Virus record (IMG/VR): IMGVR_UViG_3300042892_002840
Coordinates: 33,030 to 97,029 of that record
Reading direction: 5' to 3' (one strand)
DNA from: a virus
DNA length: 64,000 nt
Shown piece after piece: positions 38,566 through 46,872 of the stretch. The translations under genes and the position numbers were made by a program. A model generated the notes under the pieces. It searched no databases, had not been told where the DNA came from, and was given only the letters and a program-made list of their open reading frames with translations. Within the stretch, counting starts at the first letter, position 1. Each line of letters starts with the position of its first letter.

Positions 38566-38600
38566 ACCCCTCCAGCTTGATCTGGAGGGGTTTCTATTTT
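38566..38600 (+). terminator. Intrinsic terminator
   Basis: cccctccag-cttgat-ctggagggg followed by tttctatttt. Confidence 0.75.
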
Positions 38601-38725
38601 GCCCACAAAAGATATGAGGGTAGCATATGTCTTTTACGAGTGTCAAGTAAATTCCCTGAAAATTTCACAATATGAGACGAGATTTGATCAATGTGGTGTG
38701 ATTCACACACCAAAAGGATTCCATT

Positions 38726-38747
38726 TGTCAGTGCCCTAGTATATAAT
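38726..38747 (+). promoter_or_regulatory. PafBC-type promoter
   Basis: tgtcag tgccctagta tataat; 1-mismatch CRP site at 38692-38707. Confidence 0.8.
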
Positions 38748-38774
38748 TATCACATATCAACGAAAGGATATAAT

Positions 38775-39551
38775 ATGCCAAACTGGGTGTATAACACATT
38801 AACTATCCAAGGACCTAAGTCTGAGGTAGATATGATTAAAGATAGATTGAATAAGCCTTTTACATTAGCACAAGAGACTTATGGTATGGGTGATATTTCA
38901 TCTATGGGTTTCCCCACCAAATTTGAGCAGGTAAGTTATTCTAATCCTGTCTTTGCTTTCTTCAACATTCATTCATATAAGGATGACGGCATTACTGATG
39001 AGGAATATGCTTGCCAGCCTTCTCGTGGAGATATAGATATGAAGAATGACCCTGATTGGTTCCGCAAATCTGTTGAGTTTGCTAAGACTCAAAAGGATTG
39101 GTATTCATGGAACAACTCTAATTGGGGAACTAAATGGGATGTTGCTGTTCGTGATGGTGATGAATATCCAAATACAGAACTACTTGAATATAAGTCTGAA
39201 GGTGATGACAATTGGGTTGTCTACAAATATGAAACTGCTTGGTCACCTGCTGTAACTATTCTAACTAAACTAAGTAATCTTGTTCCGAACTGCCTGCTCA
39301 CATTAGAGTATGAAGAAGAGACAGGTTGGGGTGGGGAATATGAGATTGTCCGTGGTGATGTAAAAGAATTGGCTGAATGGGAGAATCGTTGCTATGCATG
39401 CCAGTCTTTTGACACAATGAGTTATTGTGAAGATGACTGCGGTGAATTCTGCTCAGAATGTGGTCAAGGCTCTTGGCAAGATGAAGAGGCAATGAAGAAA
39501 TGTCAGACCCATAGTGTATTATTGGAATCTACAGAAAAGGCGGAAGCATAA
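38775..39551 (+). CDS. DUF1281/Api92-like (YubB ferredoxin-like) protein
   Basis: MPNWVYN.L.I.G; WY.WN..NWGTKWD; ETAWSP; C-terminal Cys cluster. Confidence 0.8.
   Translation: MPNWVYNTLTIQGPKSEVDMIKDRLNKPFTLAQETYGMGDISSMGFPTKFEQVSYSNPVFAFFNIHSYKDDGITDEEYACQPSRGDIDMKNDPDWFRKSVEFAKTQKDWYSWNNSNWGTKWDVAVRDGDEYPNTELLEYKSEGDDNWVVYKYETAWSPAVTILTKLSNLVPNCLLTLEYEEETGWGGEYEIVRGDVKELAEWENRCYACQSFDTMSYCEDDCGEFCSECGQGSWQDEEAMKKCQTHSVLLESTEKAEA
39501..39522 (+). promoter_or_regulatory. PafBC-type promoter (intragenic)
   Basis: tgtcag acccatagtg tattat. Confidence 0.7.
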
Positions 39552-39766
39552 TGGCTGAACTATTTATAGATACATTAGCAGAGCACATTACAGGTGCTAT
39601 GCAACAAGAAATTGGTGAAGCGCTATTTGACCAATGGTCTTATAATAATTTAGAGGAAGGAGAGGCATATGCTGAATTTAGATTTATGGAATATGCTTCT
39701 CGTGAATTAAAGCAACAATATAACGAATACTATGGCTATATTGAGGGAGATGAGTTTCTACTATGA
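39551..39766 (+). CDS. Acidic hypothetical protein
   Basis: TAATG coupling. Confidence 0.65.
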   Translation: MAELFIDTLAEHITGAMQQEIGEALFDQWSYNNLEEGEAYAEFRFMEYASRELKQQYNEYYGYIEGDEFLL

Positions 39767-40031
39767 TGTTAGGTTATACACAAAGAGATTTAGCAGATAT
39801 GACCTATGGGGTCTATCAAGCTGACCTGCTGGTCAATGCTGACGAGAATCCTGCAATTCATAATTATCTAGTAATGGCTCATGATTTCTTACAGGGCCTA
39901 TGGGCAGAAGGGTATTTTGATCATGCATAAACATCATTGGGAATGCACAGATACACCAGGAGTATTTATGTGCCATGCAGAGGGAACTACTGGATACTTC
40001 AATAGTTTAACTAAAGAGATTGTAGTAGATA

Positions 40032-40223
40032 ATGACTAAATCATCTTATTTCCTAGAGTATATGAAGTTACATGAGATTAGTTTAATGCAAGACCTAGAG
40101 AAGATTGATTATGTAAATGAACATCACTTCTACAGGTGCAAGGAAGCAGAAATTTACAATACCAGGCATTTGTTGTCAGTGGCTACTGATATAATGAATT
40201 CCTCTAACGAAAGGTATGAATAA
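40032..40223 (+). CDS. Hypothetical protein
   Basis: TAATG coupling. Confidence 0.6.
   Translation: MTKSSYFLEYMKLHEISLMQDLEKIDYVNEHHFYRCKEAEIYNTRHLLSVATDIMNSSNERYE
40174..40195 (+). promoter_or_regulatory. PafBC-type promoter (intragenic)
   Basis: tgtcag tggctactga tataat. Confidence 0.8.
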
Positions 40224-40495
40224 TGAATAATGAAGATATTGGGCTCCCGCCCCATTTGCAACGTATGGTCAATGCAGGAGTATCAGGCCTTGACATTATG
40301 CACGGAGAACTAAAAAATCTAATGCTCATTGCTGAGCAGGAACTAGCAGAGGCTCAGGCCATTGAAGATGAATCAGAAGAGGCAATGGACTCTATGGACC
40401 GCACAAGATGTGAAGGTGCCCTTGATACATTAGTATCACTATATAATCTAACATATCAACTATCATTTGCGATTGGAGAAAAGAATGACAACTGA
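40223..40495 (+). CDS. Hypothetical protein
   Basis: AACGAAAGG RBS. Confidence 0.7.
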   Translation: MNNEDIGLPPHLQRMVNAGVSGLDIMHGELKNLMLIAEQELAEAQAIEDESEEAMDSMDRTRCEGALDTLVSLYNLTYQLSFAIGEKNDN

Positions 40496-40835
40496 AATGG
40501 ACCTACAAGAAAAGACCCGCATGCAGGACACTTATGTCAAGATTGAATCTATTGTTGATAGCATTGGAGAACTAGGGGTCTTCCCTCCCTTGGTTTGGGT
40601 TTGGTCTTGGGATGTAGCAAAGACCATGTGGACCTCTTACATGGAGGGCGAGGACGAAGATTACTGTACAGCAATGGACCTAGACGAGGTCTGGGAGCGC
40701 TTCTGGGTAGACGCAGGCAAGAACGGGTTCACCCTTGAATACGGGGTAGAAGACCTAGATGACGCAATTCGTGACTGGCTAATGGAGATTGGCGCTGTCG
40801 AACTAGCAGAGGAGGAAGAAGATGAAGATGAGTGA
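40485..40835 (+). CDS. Very acidic hypothetical protein
   Basis: GGAG RBS; D/E-rich C-terminus. Confidence 0.7.
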   Translation: MTTEMDLQEKTRMQDTYVKIESIVDSIGELGVFPPLVWVWSWDVAKTMWTSYMEGEDEDYCTAMDLDEVWERFWVDAGKNGFTLEYGVEDLDDAIRDWLMEIGAVELAEEEEDEDE

Positions 40836-41062
40836 TGAGTACATCAATGATCAATTAAACAAAGCACAAAAACTTTTGTGGGGTGGGTCCGAAACTGAAA
40901 ACATCGAAGCCCATAACATCATTGCTAAATTAATTAAAGATCGTATTGAACAAACCAATTTGATCTGAGGGCAAAAAAAATTCGTTACGAGGGTATTTAC
41001 AAAATCGTGGATATCCTATATAATAAATATAACAACTATATCTCTTGAAAGGGGATTATCAA

Positions 41063-41212
41063 ATGGCAACAAAGCGTGAATATCTAAAGCAGCAAGGCAT
41101 TACCGTAGGTGTACGTGGTCGCTTCTCAGGAGCAGCCAAGGTAGCTCTAGCTGAGGCGGAAGCCAAGGGCATTAAGTTTACAGCAGAAGCACCAACAAGC
41201 AAGGCAAAGTAA
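41063..41212 (+). CDS. Stand-alone Lsr2-like DNA-binding domain (49 aa)
   Basis: Hand-translated MATKREYLKQQGITVGVRGRFSGAAKVALAEAEAKG...; matches the Lsr2 C-terminal REWA..NG..V..RGR pattern; GAAAGGGG RBS. Confidence 0.75.
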   Translation: MATKREYLKQQGITVGVRGRFSGAAKVALAEAEAKGIKFTAEAPTSKAK

Positions 41213-41221
41213 TCCAGGGAC

Positions 41222-41264
41222 GGGGTCAGGGCTTCGTTGGTCCTTGACCCCCTCTCTTATTTTT
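41222..41264 (+). terminator. Intrinsic terminator after the Lsr2-like gene
   Basis: ggggtcagggc...gtccttgacccc followed by a T-rich tail. Confidence 0.6.
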
Positions 41265-41297
41265 GGTATAATCGACAGTTAGGCGGAAGGCGGACAT

Positions 41298-41672
41298 ATG
41301 AGTAAATCACCTGAAATCAAAGTAGCAGAATCATTAACTAATCTAATGGATGACCATTGGTTTAATCCAACGGTCTTTGGTAGATATTTGGCGGAACAGC
41401 CATTGCATACCATTGACCGAGTTATGGAAATGATTGTGTCAGTTATATCAGAGCAAGCAAAAATGTATAATGTATATCTAAATAGAAATGAAACAACCGA
41501 AGGTCTATCTCTTGCTAATGAACTTAATGAATGTATTAAGGCTTACCAAGAAGATAACAACTTAGTTAATCTTAAGTTGCCTTCCCGTTCTTTTCAAGTC
41601 CCAAAGCGGGAGGAATCAAAAACTCAATACAAATTTGGATGGCGGAGTGAAGAACTAGATCCATTCAATTAA
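41298..41672 (+). CDS. Hypothetical protein
   Basis: TGGTATAAT promoter upstream. Confidence 0.7.
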   Translation: MSKSPEIKVAESLTNLMDDHWFNPTVFGRYLAEQPLHTIDRVMEMIVSVISEQAKMYNVYLNRNETTEGLSLANELNECIKAYQEDNNLVNLKLPSRSFQVPKREESKTQYKFGWRSEELDPFN

Positions 41673-42213
41673 CTATAGGCATACATACAATGAGAGAAGA
41701 ATGCCTGGTTAGATAGATAAACATATCTAGCCCAAATTATCCACAGGGTTATCCACATCCTGTGGATTTTTTGTATGTGTGGGCATGAGGGCAAAATTTT
41801 CTATTTACGACCAGCTATTTCAAACGCCTGAAATTTCTAGAACATGGGCCAAATTTTCTATTTACGAAGGCCTTGACAAAATCCCTGAAATTTGCTACAG
41901 AATATGTCTAATTAGATATATAATCATTATAGAATGTCGACAAATCTGTAGAGAATATAGCAAAATAGATCAAAATTCCTTGCATAATCTATTGACAAAT
42001 ATGGATCAATATGCTGCAAATTTAGGCTATTGACATTACGTTAAGGATATGGCATGCTCAATTACACATGTATATTAATCTAGATATATCTATAGTATAT
42101 TGAACCTAATCTAGAGTATAAATTCTCCACAATGCTCCACTTTACTCCACATATAAAGCCTTCCAGAGGCTCTTAGAGAGGAGATAAATGGGAGGGGGAT
42201 ATAGGAGTTAGAT

Positions 42214-42489
42214 CTACTTGCCAAGGATTTGCTTGACAAGCTCTATTGGCTTGATTGGATCTTCTTCTGGCAATGAGCCATACTTGTGTAATAGTTTAAG
42301 TAATATACCTGCTATGAATATATCATCGCTAAATGCCATCCAGGGAAATAGAATGTCAAATAGGTCTATTGGTATTACTATGTATATTAGACACATCATT
42401 GCCACCGCCCTTACCCATAGAGGTGATCTATGGAATTGGGCCCTATATGGCTTGATTGATTCTTGAAATCTAAGTTTAATTCTAGTCAA
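42214..42489 (-). CDS. DUF1232 (YkvA-like) membrane protein
   Basis: YIVIPIDL...SDD motif. Confidence 0.7.
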   Translation of the reverse strand: MTRIKLRFQESIKPYRAQFHRSPLWVRAVAMMCLIYIVIPIDLFDILFPWMAFSDDIFIAGILLKLLHKYGSLPEEDPIKPIELVKQILGK

Positions 42490-42696
42490 CTAACAATTAT
42501 GTGTATAGCCACAATCTGGACATTTCTCTCCAGGATTTGAGTTACAGTCATCGCACCAATCTGGTGCATCTTTCCAAGATGGATCAAGATTTTCTTTATC
42601 CAGACAATCTTGGCATACAGTTTCTTTAAATGTCTTTACAGATAGATTCTCATCTTCTAATTCTATATATGCTTCTAGGTTATCTAATATACCCAT
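42490..42696 (-). CDS. Small Cys-rich hypothetical protein
   Basis: Three CxxC motifs. Confidence 0.6.
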   Translation of the reverse strand: MGILDNLEAYIELEDENLSVKTFKETVCQDCLDKENLDPSWKDAPDWCDDCNSNPGEKCPDCGYTHNC

Positions 42697-42932
42697 TAGT
42701 CTACCTTTGGTCTAAATACGCCATTCCAAGAAGTCTCTGGCTCTTCTGGTAGTCCCGTCGCTTTATTGATAGGTACGCAATTAGGGACTCTTTTGCCACC
42801 CTTATCTTTCATTCCAACCTGCTTATATCCACGCCAGCAAGCTTTCTCAAAGTTGTTCCATTTGTCGACATGCTCATCATCTGAGACATATGACTTGGTG
42901 ATCTCTTCATCTGTAAATTCTATGTTATCCAT
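42696..42932 (-). CDS. Hypothetical phage protein
   Basis: ACWRGYKQVGMKDKGGKRVPNCVP motif; leaderless-type start after GGTATAAT. Confidence 0.65.
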   Translation of the reverse strand: MDNIEFTDEEITKSYVSDDEHVDKWNNFEKACWRGYKQVGMKDKGGKRVPNCVPINKATGLPEEPETSWNGVFRPKVD

Positions 42933-42946
42933 ACGACTATTATACC

Positions 42947-43489
42947 CTATGCCTTGACATCGAAGAATAGGATAATATTTCCTCTTTCCCCGCCCAAAAC
43001 CTTATTGACTGAATGAGGATGATGCTCATCACCCTTAAAATAGACTAATGTTCCAAGCCCTGGTTTATACTCAGTTGGAGTATTTCCATCATAGAAACAT
43101 ATCTCTCCGCCATCATAATCATTAGTTAAATAAAGTAATGCTGAATATCCTATGACACCATATCCATCCACACCGCCATATGCATCTGTGTGATAGCCAA
43201 GCTCGTCACCCTCTTTGAGTACCTGATATAGGACTCTGTTGATCGAGATTTGATCATCTGGGAAGCCAAACTCTTTTTGAATCCTAGTTACAATAGACTT
43301 AATAATTGAGTACATTTCGATATCAGGATCATAATTAAACTGTTCAAATGGGTATAGTTGTTTGCTTAGTAGACCCATAGGGTTAACCAATGCCTTTGAT
43401 CTTAGGAAGACATTTAGCTCTTCAGCCAATGTTTCCTGAATAAAGTTATCTACTACTGTAGGTTGCATTCTATTCTCCATATCTGTCAA
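42947..43489 (-). CDS. 2OG-Fe(II) oxygenase
   Basis: HTD, YLTNDYDGGEI, HSV...GER. Confidence 0.88.
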   Translation of the reverse strand: MTDMENRMQPTVVDNFIQETLAEELNVFLRSKALVNPMGLLSKQLYPFEQFNYDPDIEMYSIIKSIVTRIQKEFGFPDDQISINRVLYQVLKEGDELGYHTDAYGGVDGYGVIGYSALLYLTNDYDGGEICFYDGNTPTEYKPGLGTLVYFKGDEHHPHSVNKVLGGERGNIILFFDVKA

Positions 43490-43538
43490 CGTAGTTGACT
43501 AAATTCTCTCTACCGCCGCCGATTTCACTAATTGCGAC

Positions 43539-43769
43539 CTATATATGTAATTTGTTGATAGGTTCTTTAGACCAGTGTATATAAGATCTAATATAAACTA
43601 TTCCATATGCAACTGCTGCAAATATAAATCCGTACTGCTCTGTTGTTATAGCGTATATAGTCCATAGGCATTCATTTACAAGCAATATAAGCCAAGCCCA
43701 TATCACTCTGCGTCCTACAAAAAATGTTCCTGTTACGCCAATGGCTGCCAATACATACGACCACATCAT
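43539..43769 (-). CDS. Small PnuC-like membrane protein
   Basis: Three hydrophobic segments; W..W...W pattern. Confidence 0.55.
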   Translation of the reverse strand: MMWSYVLAAIGVTGTFFVGRRVIWAWLILLVNECLWTIYAITTEQYGFIFAAVAYGIVYIRSYIHWSKEPINKLHI

Positions 43770-43954
43770 TTTATCTTACTCTTTCCAATTTTGGATGCCA
43801 TATCTAGAACCTTTTGGTGCTCTTCTATTGTATGGCTAATTGTATCTTGAAACGACTTGCACATCTTACATAAATCTAACATATCTGGATATTTTGCCCA
43901 AGCTTCTTTATTTGTTTGTATAGAGCATGTATCGCATACTGGTCTTTCAGACAT
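43766..43954 (-). CDS. Hypothetical protein with two CxxC motifs
   Basis: GAAAG RBS; ATGA overlap. Confidence 0.6.
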   Translation of the reverse strand: MSERPVCDTCSIQTNKEAWAKYPDMLDLCKMCKSFQDTISHTIEEHQKVLDMASKIGKSKIK

Positions 43955-43988
43955 AATGGTATTCTTTCTAGTAGAATACTATTATACA

Positions 43989-44264
43989 CTATAGTTGACT
44001 AGAATTAGACTCTCTAGCCCATTGATCTTCCCATAAGCCCATCAGTGATTCGTTACCAATATCATCGAAGTAATAACGCTTAGAATTAGGATTGTAAGTC
44101 CATCCATACCATCTATCTCCTTCCGACCAAGCCAGATTAGTTGGGCCTGATTTTTCATATTCCCACATTGATCTATCTATAGACTGATACATTCTTACTT
44201 CATCGAATACAGCTTTTCTTAATGGATCCCATCTAAATATACGATTAACTAACCATTCAATCAT
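43989..44264 (-). CDS. Hypothetical protein
   Basis: Trp-rich ORF in a minus-strand run. Confidence 0.6.
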   Translation of the reverse strand: MIEWLVNRIFRWDPLRKAVFDEVRMYQSIDRSMWEYEKSGPTNLAWSEGDRWYGWTYNPNSKRYYFDDIGNESLMGLWEDQWARESNSSQL

Positions 44265-44545
44265 TGTCTATGTCTTTTCTTATTTCCGTATCTGGCTTTA
44301 ACTTCCGCCTTTGCTTTATCTACAATAGATTGAGCAATAACCTCTACATTAAATTCATCATCAAACTGCTGTTCGTTCATCTGGATCCTTTTCCCATGTA
44401 AGTTTTCCATCTTTATATACAGGCCAATATCCCAATGGACGCCAGTCCATTTTCATAATCTTAGGCTCTTTCATTTGTTTAGTATACTATATAGGACGGG
44501 TACCGTCAATACCCTCTACCGCCGCACTTTTCGCACTTTAGGGTC

Positions 44546-44734
44546 TTATTGATTATTGTCGTCTAAAGATTCTATTTGTTTAATAGCCCAATCTTCAAAC
44601 ATCTTTACTAAGTTTACGTTATACTCTTTAATCTCATCTGCCACAGACATACAATCTTTACAAAGAATAAAAAGATCATTATAGTTATTAGTATAAAGAT
44701 ACATTTTGCCTCTGTAGTGGCAGATATAACACAT
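44546..44734 (-). CDS. Hypothetical Zn-finger-like protein
   Basis: CxxC...CxxC. Confidence 0.5.
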   Translation of the reverse strand: MCYICHYRGKMYLYTNNYNDLFILCKDCMSVADEIKEYNVNLVKMFEDWAIKQIESLDDNNQ

Positions 44735-44860
44735 GGTTAGCTTACATAATAATTATGCATATGCTTCTTGCATACGGTTATTATTGTTGCTCCTACTTGG
44801 TCCCAATGGGTTCCTATTTCGTTGCAGTAATGACATTTTTCACTACTTGGCTTATTAACA

Positions 44861-45079
44861 TCAATGTTCATATCTATCTTTTATCCTTCGCCATCTGCCC
44901 CACTGTGTTGGAACATCAAGGCCTATATACTCTTGTCCAGTTTCTAGGTCTATCAGTAACCACTTACCTGGTGCTTTTGTATGTATAGTTAAATTTACTG
45001 CCTCTTCAAACTCAACCACCTCTGCGCCCTGATACATTTTGGGTAAAAAGTTGTATACGTTGTTAAGAAGTTTTCTCAT
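44861..45079 (-). CDS. Hypothetical protein (likely start MRKLL)
   Basis: TATAAT upstream of 45079. Confidence 0.55.
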   Translation of the reverse strand: MRKLLNNVYNFLPKMYQGAEVVEFEEAVNLTIHTKAPGKWLLIDLETGQEYIGLDVPTQWGRWRRIKDRYEH

Positions 45080-45382
45080 AATAATACTATTATATCGTAT
45101 TAAATTGCTAAATCTCTGGGGATCATTGTACCGCAATCTTTGCAGTAATCATACGTAGAGCCAGTGTAAGGGCATTGCCCTGCTAAATCCAAATCGTGTC
45201 CCTTAAAGTAACACTTAATCTTATAAAATAAATACTTAATTAGACTATCCTTTTAATTTCATAAAAACATTCAGGGCATTCACCCACATGCAACCACTTA
45301 CCAGATTCTTTTACTATTAATTCTTTAAGCTTACCTTTTACATTTTTCTTACAAATAATACAATATGCTTCAAGATGTATTG

Positions 45383-45535
45383 TCATCTCTTCCAGGAGCC
45401 GCTTGCTTTAGGGTCTGGGTCTGAACTTTGCTCTGTTGTAATTGGTTCAGGGGCAGGTCTTCCATGTGATCCATCGCATACTGGATATGATAAAGACCTG
45501 CCACACTGACAACCGACTGGGTATTTAGTTGGCAT
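45383..45535 (-). CDS. Stand-alone CDGSH iron-sulfur domain protein (50 aa)
   Basis: Hand-translated MPTKYPVGCQCGRSLSYPVCDGSHG... Confidence 0.8.
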   Translation of the reverse strand: MPTKYPVGCQCGRSLSYPVCDGSHGRPAPEPITTEQSSDPDPKASGSWKR

Positions 45536-45653
45536 TGTCTACCGCACAAACAAATAAGAATTTCATATTACTACGCTATCCAATACTGTGTCTACACCAT
45601 CATCCATTGTTGGTTGATGTTCCTTAGAGCAATTGCCGCACTGTTTACACAAG

Positions 45654-45860
45654 TTAAACTTTCTTTCTGCCTGATTTCTTTGGTGGCTTTGGGACTAAAC
45701 TTGTTTCTCTTCTAATACCGTGCTTGTTTCTGTCTATCTTAAGGCCTTGCCTTGGGTACCTCTTTGGAGTGCTTGTGCTTGTTACGGCACCTGCTGGGGC
45801 ACCTGCACCCGCAGGTGGAGTCATTCCTGTACCATCATCCTTTTGAAATGAATTAGTCAT
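45654..45860 (-). CDS. Basic low-complexity hypothetical protein
   Basis: Overlap coupling. Confidence 0.55.
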   Translation of the reverse strand: MTNSFQKDDGTGMTPPAGAGAPAGAVTSTSTPKRYPRQGLKIDRNKHGIRRETSLVPKPPKKSGRKKV

Positions 45861-46041
45861 TGTCGTCTTCTACTTCTCCGCTTGGGTTATAAGTAGATTC
45901 AGAGTCTCTGTCATCCATTCCGCTTCCATCAAGTCTATCTATGTCTCCGCCAAACATGTTTCCGATGGTTAGCATAGGTGAGTCTGGGGACTTAATGTCA
46001 CCAGAATTACCAGCTTCACCACAACCACACATTATGCACAT
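45853..46041 (-). CDS. Hypothetical protein (MCIMCGC...)
   Basis: Metal-binding N-terminus. Confidence 0.55.
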   Translation of the reverse strand: MCIMCGCGEAGNSGDIKSPDSPMLTIGNMFGGDIDRLDGSGMDDRDSESTYNPSGEVEDDND

Positions 46042-46275
46042 TGATTACTTACCGTTGTTTCCTACGCCAGCGCCATCCTGAGTTGACTTATCAGTTGCAG
46101 CAAATGCTGATCCTGGGTTGTCTGAGTAATGTGCGTTAATTGAATTTGTTGCTCCTGGCTTGGTCTCATTGAAACCTGTCAAGTTATTTCCGTCTGTCAT
46201 TTTATTTCTCCTATAGGTCTGTTATTTAGATAGGTCTAGAAATCTATCTATCCCTTTATTATAGCATTTAGTTGA

Positions 46276-46521
46276 TTAAAACTCTTTTTCTTGTTCCCAT
46301 GGAGTAGCTTTATGCATCCCTGAGTATTTACAGGGGCAAGCTATTCTAAACGGATGATCGAAAGGCAATCTAGTCCTTATTGTGACCTCTGTTAAACAAT
46401 CTGGGCAAATAAATACTGCAGATTTCCATGGCCCAGCTATGGGGTTGTTTGCTTCAATTTCTGCAAGATGCCTTAGATTTTGTTCAACAGCAAGCTTTCT
46501 TTGCTGCTCCATCTCGTTCAT
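46276..46521 (-). CDS. Zn-ribbon hypothetical protein
   Basis: CPDC...CPC. Confidence 0.55.
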   Translation of the reverse strand: MNEMEQQRKLAVEQNLRHLAEIEANNPIAGPWKSAVFICPDCLTEVTIRTRLPFDHPFRIACPCKYSGMHKATPWEQEKEF

Positions 46522-46633
46522 AGCTTATACTTTTCGTTCCAATGATCGTTACAAATTTCAATGTACTTGGTCTCGTTAGAAGTTAGATGCGTTGCTTTAT
46601 TCTGGCAGCTATCTATTTCACACTTATTGCTCA

Positions 46634-46852
46634 CTATTTAACCTTATGTCCAAACTTAGCCCACATTCTTTCGTGAGTAAAATAAAAAATCATTTCTAGA
46701 GAGACGTATGAAATGCCGTATAGTCCGACATACTCCCACTCTGCTTCTCCAGTAAAATACCTTAAAGTAAAGTATATAATGCCAGCCACAAAAGTAAAAT
46801 GAACTAGGGGCCAGCTTAAGGTTTTAAAAATACTTCTTTTTGTTGATTCCAT
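46634..46852 (-). CDS. DUF2061 membrane protein
   Basis: ESTKRSIFKTLSW...YFTHERMW. Confidence 0.8.
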   Translation of the reverse strand: MESTKRSIFKTLSWPLVHFTFVAGIIYFTLRYFTGEAEWEYVGLYGISYVSLEMIFYFTHERMWAKFGHKVK

Positions 46853-46872
46853 ATACCTATTCTACCATTCTT

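Noticed and set aside
29303-40195. TGTCAG as an ordinary -35 box or a LexA SOS box
   Set aside because: The spacer to the -10 is 10 nt rather than about 17, and there is no GAAC-N4-GTTC palindrome.
30378-41890. Classical integron attC array
   Set aside because: No RYYYAAC/GTTRRRY ends recognised and no integrase in the window; kept only as an unexplained repeat.
41779-42033. 84-aa ORF with an internal repeat
   Set aside because: The repeat comes from two tandem copies of the tripartite element, and there is no RBS.
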